Assembly: GCA_964490105.1 (NCBI GenBank)
Contig: CAZAZU010000001.1
Location: forward strand, 710,245-774,244
DNA: 64,000 nucleotides
Origin: an uncultured Gammaproteobacteria bacterium
GTDB lineage: Bacteria; Patescibacteriota; Microgenomatia; Levybacterales; UBA12049
Direction: 5' to 3'
Part shown: positions 31,067-39,800 of the stretch, in pieces
How positions within the stretch are numbered: the stretch's first letter is position 1
How the letters are laid out: each line of letters starts with the position of its first letter
Notes under the pieces: generated by a model
Seen by the model: the letters and a program-made list of their open reading frames with translations, nothing else
Database searches by the model: none
What the model was told of the DNA's origin: nothing
Translations under genes and position numbers: made by a program

Positions 31067-31336
31067 CTATTTTAAGTATCTTAAAACCATGAAGCCTGAG
31101 AGACCCAGCAAGAATGGATAAATAATAAACAAAAATAATTTAGACACTAGTGTGATTTCTTTAAATGCTTTTACGAATCCATTCTTACTTATACTTTCTG
31201 TAAATGGATACCAGGTGGAAATATCTAATTTTACTGCAAGAAAATTTAGAAAAATTGCAATTAGTAAAATTACCCACCCAGCTAAAAATATTTTTAAAAT
31301 CACCATAATATGATTATACATCACCCTTAAATACAA
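31067..31336 (-). CDS. Small membrane protein, hypothetical
   Basis: Two or three TM helices; first gene of the minus-strand membrane cluster. Confidence 0.4.
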   Translation of the reverse strand: MYLRVMYNHIMVILKIFLAGWVILLIAIFLNFLAVKLDISTWYPFTESISKNGFVKAFKEITLVSKLFLFIIYPFLLGLSGFMVLRYLK

Positions 31337-31404
31337 AATCTTTTATCAATTTCTTACATTTTTACTATTTTTCTCACATAAAAAATCTCTAGCATATTAA
31401 GTAT

Positions 31405-31485
31405 ATGAAGTATTTACTTGGATGGATTTTAGGAATTCCCGTTGGAATATTAGTTCTTATTTGGATAGTTTCGCAAATATTTTAA
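31405..31485 (+). CDS. 26-aa hydrophobic micro-ORF (MKYLLGWILGIPVGILVLIWIVSQIF)
   Basis: Ends 1 nt before the YggT-like gene start; single TM; no obvious SD. Confidence 0.3.
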   Translation: MKYLLGWILGIPVGILVLIWIVSQIF

Positions 31486-31486
31486 T

Positions 31487-31828
31487 ATGAGTGCATCAAG
31501 AATTTTACTTAATTTTATTAATTTAGTTTTTGCACTAATAGAAGGGGTAATCGCTCTTAGAATTATTTTAAGATTTCTAAACGCAAATCCATCGACCCCA
31601 TTTGTTAGATGGGTTAACGATGCAAGTTCTTCTTTAATCTATCCATTCCAAAATATATTTCCCTCTCCGGTTCTTACAGGCGGATTTGTTTTAGAAATGT
31701 CAGCTGTCATCGCCTTAGTGGTTTACGCAATAATTGCATACATAATTAGCGGTTTAATTTCATTCGTAAGTTATAAAACAGTTTATTACACAAGAGATGG
31801 AAGAAAAAAAGTTGTAGAAGAAGAATAA
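31487..31828 (+). CDS. YggT/Ycf19-family membrane protein
   Basis: ALRIILRFL (compare YggT RILLSW) and two TM helices. Confidence 0.55.
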   Translation: MSASRILLNFINLVFALIEGVIALRIILRFLNANPSTPFVRWVNDASSSLIYPFQNIFPSPVLTGGFVLEMSAVIALVVYAIIAYIISGLISFVSYKTVYYTRDGRKKVVEEE

Positions 31829-32019
31829 ATATATGGATGATCCAAAACAGCAAATAGATCAAATAGACGAAGAGGCAAAGCGCCAGAAAGAAGAAGTAGC
31901 TGAGCAAGAAGCACAAAGAATTCAGGAAGAAGCAGACCGACAAAAAGAAGAAATAAGAAACGAAGCTGAAGAATAAACCTCAAATTGACATCAAATTCTC
32001 CACCTGAGATTATAGTATA

Positions 32020-32475
32020 GTGAGAGATTTATTAAGACTTATTGGATTTATTTTTATATGTCAGGCTGCGGGATTAATCGGATCCATCTTCACGTTCAAT
32101 TCAGTCAACACCTGGTACTTAACCTTAGAAAAACCATTCTTTAATCCTCCATCTTTTGTGTTTGGGCCAGTCTGGACAACTCTATACTTCTTAATGGGTG
32201 TATCATTATATTTAGTATGGGGAAAGAAAAAAACCGATTTAAAATGGTTCTGGATCCAACTTTCACTAAATACTGTTTGGTCAATTATATTTTTTGGATT
32301 AAAAAATCCGCTATTTGCTTTTATAATAATAGTTCTTCTTTGGATAAGTATTTTTCAGACGATCAAATCATTTAAAAAAGTAAATAAAAATGCTTCATAT
32401 CTTTTATATCCATATCTTTTTTGGGTAAGCTTTGCCTCTGTTCTAAATCTATCAATAGTAATTCTAAACAAGTAA
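32020..32475 (+). CDS. tspO: TspO/MBR tryptophan-rich sensory protein
   Basis: Five TM helices; GPVWTTLYFLMG and a Trp-rich sequence. Confidence 0.8.
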   Translation: MRDLLRLIGFIFICQAAGLIGSIFTFNSVNTWYLTLEKPFFNPPSFVFGPVWTTLYFLMGVSLYLVWGKKKTDLKWFWIQLSLNTVWSIIFFGLKNPLFAFIIIVLLWISIFQTIKSFKKVNKNASYLLYPYLFWVSFASVLNLSIVILNK

Positions 32476-32494
32476 TTCATGGTATAATCACGCG

Positions 32495-33127
32495 ATGAAA
32501 AAAGTAATTAAGAAAAATTCCCATGTAGTACTTAGGGAAAATGAATATGACGGCGTGTCTTATGTAAGTCCCACCTGGGAACAAATGGGAGAATACACTT
32601 TTAAGCTAGCCGAAGAAATTCTAGAAACCGGTGAGAAATATGATAGAGTGGTGGCACTTGCAAAAGGCGGATGGACCTGGGCGAGAACCCTAATGGATTA
32701 TTTAGGAATTGATGAAATTTCATCGGTTAGATTTAAATCCTACCAAGGCATAAATGAAGCAATTGAACCACAATTAATTCAGCCTTTAACGGACTCTATT
32801 CATGGACAAAAAGTTTTATTATTTGATGAGGTAATCGACACTGGGGAAACTGTTAGAAAGGCTTCCGAATATTTAAAGGTGATGGGAGCAAAGAATATTA
32901 AAATCGCCTCTCTTTGCTATAAGCCCCACTCATGCATTACTCCTGACTACTTCGCTTTCGAAACTACAGCATGGGTAGTTTTCCCTCATGAAATCAGAGA
33001 ATTTATAGAGGCTTCAACAAAAAAATGGAGAAAATCAAAAGTAGCAGAGAGCGAAATCATAAAACGTCTTGATAAAATCGGAATCCCTGATGAACAGGTA
33101 AAATATTTTTTAAAGAAAATTAAATAA
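32495..33127 (+). CDS. Type I phosphoribosyltransferase-domain protein
   Basis: VLLFDEVIDTGETV PRPP-binding motif. Confidence 0.6.
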   Translation: MKKVIKKNSHVVLRENEYDGVSYVSPTWEQMGEYTFKLAEEILETGEKYDRVVALAKGGWTWARTLMDYLGIDEISSVRFKSYQGINEAIEPQLIQPLTDSIHGQKVLLFDEVIDTGETVRKASEYLKVMGAKNIKIASLCYKPHSCITPDYFAFETTAWVVFPHEIREFIEASTKKWRKSKVAESEIIKRLDKIGIPDEQVKYFLKKIK

Positions 33128-33477
33128 TGAGTAATACCCCAATTGACGATTATATAAATAGTTTTCCCGAAAATATTTCTGATAAATTAAAAATTATTAA
33201 AAGAACAATCAAAGAAATTGCTCCTGATGCAGAGGAAGTAATAAGTTATAAAATCGCTTGTTTTAAAATAAATGGAAAATATTTAATTTATTTTGCAGGA
33301 TGGAAAAACCATATTTCCATGTATCCAATTCCTAAAGGAGATAAAAAATTTCAAAAAGAAATTGAACGATTTATTTCTGGAAAAGGCACCTTAAAATTTC
33401 CAATCGATAGAGAATTACCTACAGAATTAATTAAAAAGGTTGCGGAATTTAGAATAGAAGAAAACCCTAAATCATAA
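33127..33477 (+). CDS. DUF1801 (YdhG-like) domain protein
   Basis: Size and a YKIACFKINGKYLIYFAGWKNHISMYP core. Confidence 0.55.
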   Translation: MSNTPIDDYINSFPENISDKLKIIKRTIKEIAPDAEEVISYKIACFKINGKYLIYFAGWKNHISMYPIPKGDKKFQKEIERFISGKGTLKFPIDRELPTELIKKVAEFRIEENPKS

Positions 33478-33552
33478 TAAAATCCTCTTTCAGGATTCAT
33501 ACACTTCTTTAATTGCTTTCTCAAGCAATTCAGCTACGATTAAAGCATAATT

Positions 33553-34083
33553 ATGGCTATTAAGCGCACGATTATAGAAGAAGATGAAGCGGATCCGACT
33601 GTTATTCGAAATACTAAAACTATTGTTAATCCTGATATCCATACTAAAGTCGTTGACGCGAAAGAAGAAGTTGTAAATTCTCCGGATTCATCTACTGTAA
33701 AACAAACTAAAATAGTTCATGAACCTCTGGTGGAAGCTGACCATCCCCAAGCAGTTTATGAGACTAAAAAAACTATTTTTAGGTCCTGGCAAATTATTTG
33801 GTATATATTAGCTGTGATTGAAGTAATATTAGGTCTTAGAGTTACATTTAAAGCGATAGGCGCAAATCCATTTTCAGGTTTTGTAAATCTTATATATTCT
33901 ATTTCAGATGTTTTAGTTCTTCCATTTACAGGAATTATTAGATCCACCGTTTCAGGAAATTCAGTGATAGAATGGTCTACTATTTTTGCAGCAGTAATCT
34001 ATGCACTAATCGCATGGGGAATTGTAAGCCTTATCCACATGGCCCGCCCCATAACCCCTGAGGAAGTAGATCACGCAGTTTAA
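33553..34083 (+). CDS. YggT-like membrane protein paralog with an N-terminal extension of about 75 aa
   Basis: IEVILGLRVTFKAIGANP...DVLVLPF aligns with 31487..31828 (IEGVIALRIILRFLNANP...SLIYPF). Confidence 0.5.
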   Translation: MAIKRTIIEEDEADPTVIRNTKTIVNPDIHTKVVDAKEEVVNSPDSSTVKQTKIVHEPLVEADHPQAVYETKKTIFRSWQIIWYILAVIEVILGLRVTFKAIGANPFSGFVNLIYSISDVLVLPFTGIIRSTVSGNSVIEWSTIFAAVIYALIAWGIVSLIHMARPITPEEVDHAV

Positions 34084-34101
34084 TCTGATATAATTAATGG
34101 T

Positions 34102-34479
34102 ATGCTTAAAAATTCTCATGCGTTCTCAAGTTTTTCTGTTGATGATTTAAATAAAGCCAAAGAATTTTATGGAAAAACCCTTGGACTAGATGTTAAATTT
34201 ATCGATGACATAGGAATATTAAATATCAAATTCACTGGCGGAATGGAGCTAATGATATATCCAAAAGATAATCATAAACCTGCTACATTTACAGTCCTAA
34301 ATTTTCCAGTAGAAAACGTCGAAAAAACTGTTGACGATCTAATTTCTAAAGGAATAGCCTTTGAGCAATACAAGGAATTTAAAACTGATGGAAAAGGAAT
34401 TTCCCGTGAATGGGGAATGGAAATCGCTTGGTTTAAAGACCCCGCAGGAAATATAATTTCAGTAATGAAAACATCCTAA
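34102..34479 (+). CDS. VOC/glyoxalase-fold protein
   Basis: 125 aa with a glyoxalase/bleomycin-resistance-like pattern ([19 protein letters not shown]). Confidence 0.6.
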   Translation: MLKNSHAFSSFSVDDLNKAKEFYGKTLGLDVKFIDDIGILNIKFTGGMELMIYPKDNHKPATFTVLNFPVENVEKTVDDLISKGIAFEQYKEFKTDGKGISREWGMEIAWFKDPAGNIISVMKTS

Positions 34480-34940
34480 TTAAATAGAATCCAAGCTCTC
34501 CAGGATGTAATAATTAGCGCTGATAATAGGATCATTCCTCCCCAAAGCGTGTAAACTCTAAATTGTAAAAACGGAAGAAGCTTCTTCCTGCTTTTTGATA
34601 AATTGCGAGTTATCTTTAGGTAACTTTCTTCCTTTCCAAATAAGGAATCTTCTATCTTTTCTGAAGCCTCGATGATCACAGTTACACTATTATTAAACAT
34701 AAATACTATAAACTCTATACAAAAACACGCTAATAAAAGTACGAAGCAAAGAAAGAATGTAACTAAATCCCCTAGTTTTTCTGAGTTAATTAAAATGATT
34801 CCATAAGCCGATGCCACTAGCGCAGAGCCAGCTGTTAAAAGAGAGAGACATACTGCTTCCCAAACTCCAAGTGTTGAACGAAATGACATCCAGACATTTA
34901 CTTTTACTGACTCTGACAGTTCTCTCTTTTTCATGGCCAT
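34476..34940 (-). CDS. Hypothetical membrane protein
   Basis: Three to four TM helices; no family recognised. Confidence 0.4.
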   Translation of the reverse strand: MAMKKRELSESVKVNVWMSFRSTLGVWEAVCLSLLTAGSALVASAYGIILINSEKLGDLVTFFLCFVLLLACFCIEFIVFMFNNSVTVIIEASEKIEDSLFGKEESYLKITRNLSKSRKKLLPFLQFRVYTLWGGMILLSALIITSWRAWILFN

Positions 34941-34975
34941 GATTATAGCATAACAATTTCTGATATAATCTCCGA

Positions 34976-35251
34976 ATGCAAAAGAGCGAATTAGGACGAA
35001 GAGTTATGGATTTGGCATTTGGGAAAAGGGTTGAAGGGACTGTTGCTGCTGTACTCAGAAGCCCTGACTCTGTCTCACAAAGATACATAATTAATACTGG
35101 AGAAAATCTCATAGACGCTAAGGTCAGATCATATTTTATGATGGCTCCCCTATTTCCGGTATATTTTCCTCGACCTCCCCTTCAACGCGGAGATGTTTTT
35201 GACGCGAGAACCTTAAGCGCAAGCCCCTGGGTAGACGGACAAACTATCTAG
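34976..35251 (+). CDS. Hypothetical small protein, possibly S1/OB-fold-like, in a GC-elevated segment
   Basis: GKRVEGTVAAVLRSPDSVSQRYIINTGENLIDAKV resembles the IF1/eIF1A OB-fold pattern; Pro-rich tail; about 46% GC. Confidence 0.35.
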   Translation: MQKSELGRRVMDLAFGKRVEGTVAAVLRSPDSVSQRYIINTGENLIDAKVRSYFMMAPLFPVYFPRPPLQRGDVFDARTLSASPWVDGQTI

Positions 35252-35272
35252 CCTCTGCTATAATGGCAACTT

Positions 35273-36190
35273 ATGCCAAAAGAATTACTACAAGCATTTG
35301 TTTTTCCAGGTCAAGGAGTACAAAGAACTGGAATGGGAGCAGATCTTCTTTTTCATGAAAACCCAGATATCGCTAGGTCTGCAACAAGAACTTACGAAGA
35401 AGCAGATGACACTCTTAAATTGAGAATTAAAAAATTAAGTCTTTATGGAGAGCAAGAAAGATTAAATCATCCAGGCCTAACTGAACCTGTCATTCTTACT
35501 GCAAGCATCGCAGCTTTAAGAATCTTAAGAGAAAGAGGGATGCAGGCAGATGTGGTAGCTGGACATAGCTTGGGAGAATACTCTGCATTAGTTGCTGCAG
35601 AAGCGCTTAGCTTTGAACAGGCATTAAAACTTGTTAGATCTAGAGGGTTACTCATGGAACAAGCGGGAAAAATAAATCCAGGGAAAATGGGTGCAATACT
35701 AGGCAATTTAACTCTTGAGGATGTTGAAAGAATTTGCCGGGAATCTGGAGCTGAGATTGCAAATATAAATGCTCCTGACCAAATTGTTATTGCAGGACGA
35801 CATGAATCTCTAGATAAAGCTGGAGAAATCGTAAAAAAAGAAAAAGGGAAATTAGTAGTTTTAAAAGTGAACGTTGCTTCTCATTCTTCCCTGATGGAAC
35901 CAGCCAGAGAGGGAATGAGAGAAATGATAAAAGATGAACCTATCTCTGATCCAACTCTACCAATCGTTATGAATCTTACCGCAGATTATGCATCCGATAT
36001 AGGTAGCATAAAGCGAGAATTAGTGGACCAACTCACTGGAAGAGTTCTTTGGCTAGATACAATTAGACAAATTCATAGAGATGGAGCAGGTACTTTTATA
36101 GACATAGGCCCTGGTCAAGTTTTGGCTAACATGATAAAAAAAATTGAACCTTCTGCTACTACCAAAACCGCAGAAGAAATAATTAGATAA
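35273..36190 (+). CDS. FabD-family acyltransferase (malonyl-CoA:ACP transacylase-like)
   Basis: FPGQGVQ, GHSLGEYSAL (active-site Ser) and VASHSSLM (His) motifs. No ACP/KAS/KR neighbours. TATAAT 14 nt upstream of the ATG. Confidence 0.8.
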   Translation: MPKELLQAFVFPGQGVQRTGMGADLLFHENPDIARSATRTYEEADDTLKLRIKKLSLYGEQERLNHPGLTEPVILTASIAALRILRERGMQADVVAGHSLGEYSALVAAEALSFEQALKLVRSRGLLMEQAGKINPGKMGAILGNLTLEDVERICRESGAEIANINAPDQIVIAGRHESLDKAGEIVKKEKGKLVVLKVNVASHSSLMEPAREGMREMIKDEPISDPTLPIVMNLTADYASDIGSIKRELVDQLTGRVLWLDTIRQIHRDGAGTFIDIGPGQVLANMIKKIEPSATTKTAEEIIR

Positions 36191-36231
36191 ATGCTTTAAT
36201 TATTTTAAAAAATAATTTACAATTCATTTAA

Positions 36232-37524
36232 TTGAAAACTTTCTATAAACTTCTCGTTGTAGCTTTAATAGTAACCGCCACAAATAATTTCGTGTGGTTT
36301 GCTCTTACTTTTTTTGCCTACCTTGAAACAAAGTCTGTAATTTCTACCGGCTTCGTAGGTGGAATTTATTTAGTAGCTACCGCTGTATCAGCTTTTTGGT
36401 TTGGGTCACTTGTGGATCATCATAAGAAGAAACTTGTGATGCTTTTATCAAGTTTTTTCACTTTAATACTTTTCTCATTAGGATTTCTTATTTCCTCAAT
36501 AAGTCCAGAAAATCTTTTTACGTATGTAGAAAGTCCTGTTCTTTGGATTTTTGCACTTACTCTTATGGCTGGTGTTGTGTCTGGAAATATTTATGGAATC
36601 GCAATCCCAACCCTTGTCACAGTTCTTGTTCCTGAAAAAATAAGAGATAAAGCAAATGGATTATTTGGAACAGTCATGGGGATCTCTTTTGCGATCACTT
36701 CAGTGGGAAGTGGATTCACTCTAGCATTCGGAGGAATGACTGCAGTTATGGCAATTGCAGTAATCCTAACTACATTAGCAATTGGAATTTTAATGTTAAT
36801 AAAAATTCCTGAAAAAACAATAGCTCATGTTGGAGATATGAAGCCTAAGAAAATTGATCTCAGAGGCACATTTAAAGTTATTAGAAATATTCCGGGCCTT
36901 CTGCCTTTAATTCTTTTTACTACTTTTAATAATCTTCTAGGCGGAGTCTTCATGGCGCTGATGGATGCTTACGGCCTTTCATTAGTAAACGTTCAGACAT
37001 GGGGAACTCTGTGGGGATTTTTAAGTTTCGGATTTATAGCTGGAGGATTACTAATAGCAAAATTTGGTCTAGGTAAAAATCCTCTAAAAACATTATTCCG
37101 CGCAAATATAATAATCTGGATCGGATGCATATTTTTTACAATTCAGCCTTCAATAATTCTTCTAACAATTGGTGCATTAATTTGGATGATTTTATTTCCC
37201 TTTATAGAAGCTACTGAGCAAACTATTATTCAGAAAGTGGTACCCGATGAGAGACAAGGAAGAGTTTTTGGATTTGCCCAAAGCATAGAACAAGCTGGAT
37301 CACCTCTTACAGCATTTATGATAGGCCCAATCGCTCAATTATTATTTATCCCCTTTATGACCACAGGGCGCGGAGTTGATTTAATCGGTAACTGGTTTGG
37401 AACAGGAGCAGGAAGAGGAATAGCATTAGTATTTATTATTTCAGGATTAATTGGATTAGTTATTACATTATTAGCAATGGGATCTAAATCATATAAATTA
37501 CTTGGAAAAGCTTATCAAAAATAA
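36232..37524 (+). CDS. MFS transporter
   Basis: 12-TM topology with a central loop, typical MFS organisation. Confidence 0.8.
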   Translation: MKTFYKLLVVALIVTATNNFVWFALTFFAYLETKSVISTGFVGGIYLVATAVSAFWFGSLVDHHKKKLVMLLSSFFTLILFSLGFLISSISPENLFTYVESPVLWIFALTLMAGVVSGNIYGIAIPTLVTVLVPEKIRDKANGLFGTVMGISFAITSVGSGFTLAFGGMTAVMAIAVILTTLAIGILMLIKIPEKTIAHVGDMKPKKIDLRGTFKVIRNIPGLLPLILFTTFNNLLGGVFMALMDAYGLSLVNVQTWGTLWGFLSFGFIAGGLLIAKFGLGKNPLKTLFRANIIIWIGCIFFTIQPSIILLTIGALIWMILFPFIEATEQTIIQKVVPDERQGRVFGFAQSIEQAGSPLTAFMIGPIAQLLFIPFMTTGRGVDLIGNWFGTGAGRGIALVFIISGLIGLVITLLAMGSKSYKLLGKAYQK

Positions 37525-38279
37525 CTAATACAATCTTCTTTTTCAAATTTTCCAACTTTTATTCTTTTTATAGAAAACGCAAAAGCACCAACCTCCATCT
37601 TCTCTCCTAAATCAGAAGCGATCCTTCTAATGTAAGTTCCCGTTGAGCAAGCGACTCTTATTTTTATCTTTATTAATTCTAGTTCTTTATTTTTCTTTTC
37701 AAATTCTACCCAATTCTTAATAATTTCGTCTTGTCTAAAATCTCCTTCAATCATTTTTACTTTTTCAATGATATTTTTAGCCAAATACGATGCGTCAATT
37801 TTTTCTAAATTCAAAAGCTTTGTAGAGTAAATTTCAATATCTCTCTTAGGAATTTCTATTTCATCTAATTTTTTATTTTTTGCCCACCAATATAGAGATT
37901 TTCCATTTACAGCTTTTGAGGAATATGGAGGATAAATTTGTTTCTGCTTTCCCAAAAAAGATTTCAAACATTTATTTATTTCCTCACTTGAAACATCTTT
38001 TAATTTTATACTTTCAATAACTCCTAAACCATCATATGAGTCAGTTGAAATTCCTAAAATAATTTCTGACTCATATGTTTTCTCTAAGTCTTCATACTCA
38101 TGTCTTTTTTTATTTTCGTCATCAACCAAAAGAAGTAAAACTCCCTCTGCCATTGGGTCAAGACGGCCCGCATAAGAAATTACATTATTTCTTAGTTCAG
38201 GTATATTTTTTTTAAATTCTAAAACAGCTTCTAAAGGGGTCCAGCTAACTGGTTTCCAAACCGGAATTATTTTTTTCAT
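37515..38279 (-). CDS. truB: tRNA pseudouridine(55) synthase TruB
   Basis: YAGRLDPMAEGVLLLLV (catalytic Asp motif). Confidence 0.85.
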   Translation of the reverse strand: MKKIIPVWKPVSWTPLEAVLEFKKNIPELRNNVISYAGRLDPMAEGVLLLLVDDENKKRHEYEDLEKTYESEIILGISTDSYDGLGVIESIKLKDVSSEEINKCLKSFLGKQKQIYPPYSSKAVNGKSLYWWAKNKKLDEIEIPKRDIEIYSTKLLNLEKIDASYLAKNIIEKVKMIEGDFRQDEIIKNWVEFEKKNKELELIKIKIRVACSTGTYIRRIASDLGEKMEVGAFAFSIKRIKVGKFEKEDCISYF

Positions 38280-38591
38280 AATGATCTATCATGAGTAGTA
38301 TTTCTTCTTACCGGATAAACAAACTTAGGCCTAGTTAACCTAGGACTTTCATATAATATTGCTGCGGGGGATGCAGCATGCGGATCAATAGCATTTGATG
38401 TGGACGCTGCAATCATTGCGATATCATCCCCGGGGCACATCATCAATGCACCAATACGAAGAACGGTACTTAGAGCCCACGCTTTTGGACCTGCTATCCT
38501 TTTTTCAGGAGCAGGATTAAAAAAGATGTCAGAATTCTTCAAGAGTGTTTCTTTTGGTCGCACCTGCGGATTATATCATAGCAATTTATAA

Positions 38592-39773
38592 ATGCTTTGT
38601 TATACTAAATTAATGCAAAGGAAAACATTTGCATTCATTGCTTTATCTTTTATAATTTGGCGGTTTATTTTATTTATCCCAGTTTTTGCTGCAGAAAAAA
38701 AATTAGATTATAGACCGGGGTACGAATACACAAGTATCACTGACGCAAGGAATTCTAAAGATAAAAATATTACAGATAAATTACTCCTATCCCCTTGGGC
38801 AAACTTTGATGGACTTCACTATATAACAATCGCCTCAAGTGGATATACGAATAACTATGGCTTTTTCCCTTTATTTCCAAGTTTAATAAATCTTGTATCA
38901 AAATTTTTAGGGGGGTCTGAAACTTTTGATTATGCATATTTTTTTAGCGGATTTTTAATATCTAATTTAGCTTTTTTATTATCACTTTTGGTTTTCTACA
39001 AACTGCTTTCTCTTGATTATTCAGACAAACAAGTTAAAACTTCAATATTAGCATTGCTCCTTTTTCCTGCCTCATTTTTCTTTGGATCAATTTACAGCGA
39101 GAGTTTATTTTTACTACTTCTTCTTGTATCATTTTATTTTGCCAGAAAAAAACAATGGCTCCTGGCAAGCTTCTTTGGATCTCTCTTAACATTAACTCGC
39201 TTTGTAGGAATTTGCATTTTCCCGATTTTAATTTACGAATTTTATAAAAGTAAGGATTGGTCTATAAAAAATTTTATAAAAAGCGGAATATGGGCAACAC
39301 CTGCTGGCCTAGTACTTTATTCGATTTATAATCAGTTGGAAGAAGGTAATTTTTTATATTTCATAAAAGTTCAGGGTAATTTTTTAAACAATAGATCTGT
39401 TGATAGTTTTATTTTTTTTGGACAAACAATTTACAGATATATAAAAATTATTATTACTACTTCTTCAAGTCATTTTGAATGGTGGATCGCACTTCTTGAG
39501 ATAGTTAGTTTTATTTTTATTGCCTTAGTAATAATCTATGCATTAAAAAAAAGAGTTCGCTTTTCGTACATTCTTTTTTCTTTTTTAGCGGTTCTAATTC
39601 CAGCATCATCAGGAACTTTTAGCGCACTCCCTAGATATATTCTCGTTGCATTTATAACATATATTGTAATTGGGGTAACGAATAAAAAAATAAAAATTCT
39701 GTATTTTTCTATTTCCGCAGTGCTACTATTTATTCTTACATTCTTTTTCTCAAGAGGTTATTTTATATCCTAA
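38592..39773 (+). CDS. Polytopic membrane protein, putative glycosyltransferase (GT-C/PIG-V-like)
   Basis: About 10 TM segments; family uncertain. Confidence 0.5.
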   Translation: MLCYTKLMQRKTFAFIALSFIIWRFILFIPVFAAEKKLDYRPGYEYTSITDARNSKDKNITDKLLLSPWANFDGLHYITIASSGYTNNYGFFPLFPSLINLVSKFLGGSETFDYAYFFSGFLISNLAFLLSLLVFYKLLSLDYSDKQVKTSILALLLFPASFFFGSIYSESLFLLLLLVSFYFARKKQWLLASFFGSLLTLTRFVGICIFPILIYEFYKSKDWSIKNFIKSGIWATPAGLVLYSIYNQLEEGNFLYFIKVQGNFLNNRSVDSFIFFGQTIYRYIKIIITTSSSHFEWWIALLEIVSFIFIALVIIYALKKRVRFSYILFSFLAVLIPASSGTFSALPRYILVAFITYIVIGVTNKKIKILYFSISAVLLFILTFFFSRGYFIS

Positions 39774-39800
39774 TTAAAATAACTGGTATAATAGGTCTCC

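Noticed and set aside
31746-31983. Two overlapping minus-strand ORFs (65 aa each), Leu/Phe-rich
   Set aside because: Antisense to a GAA/AAG-rich stretch; the plus-strand 47-aa charged ORF is the more plausible reading, and even that is low confidence.
38400-38591. 63-aa plus-strand ORF in the GC-rich spacer
   Set aside because: Overlaps the 95-aa minus-strand ORF in GC-rich DNA where long ORFs arise by chance; treated within the spacer finding rather than as a gene.
38280-38591. RNase P RNA or SRP RNA in the GC-rich spacer
   Set aside because: Only partial matches (GAAAGTCC without the GGGCTC continuation; CAGGTCC without GGAAGGAAGCAGC); no ACAGAANNNGGCTTA P4 partner. Cannot be called without covariance-model search.
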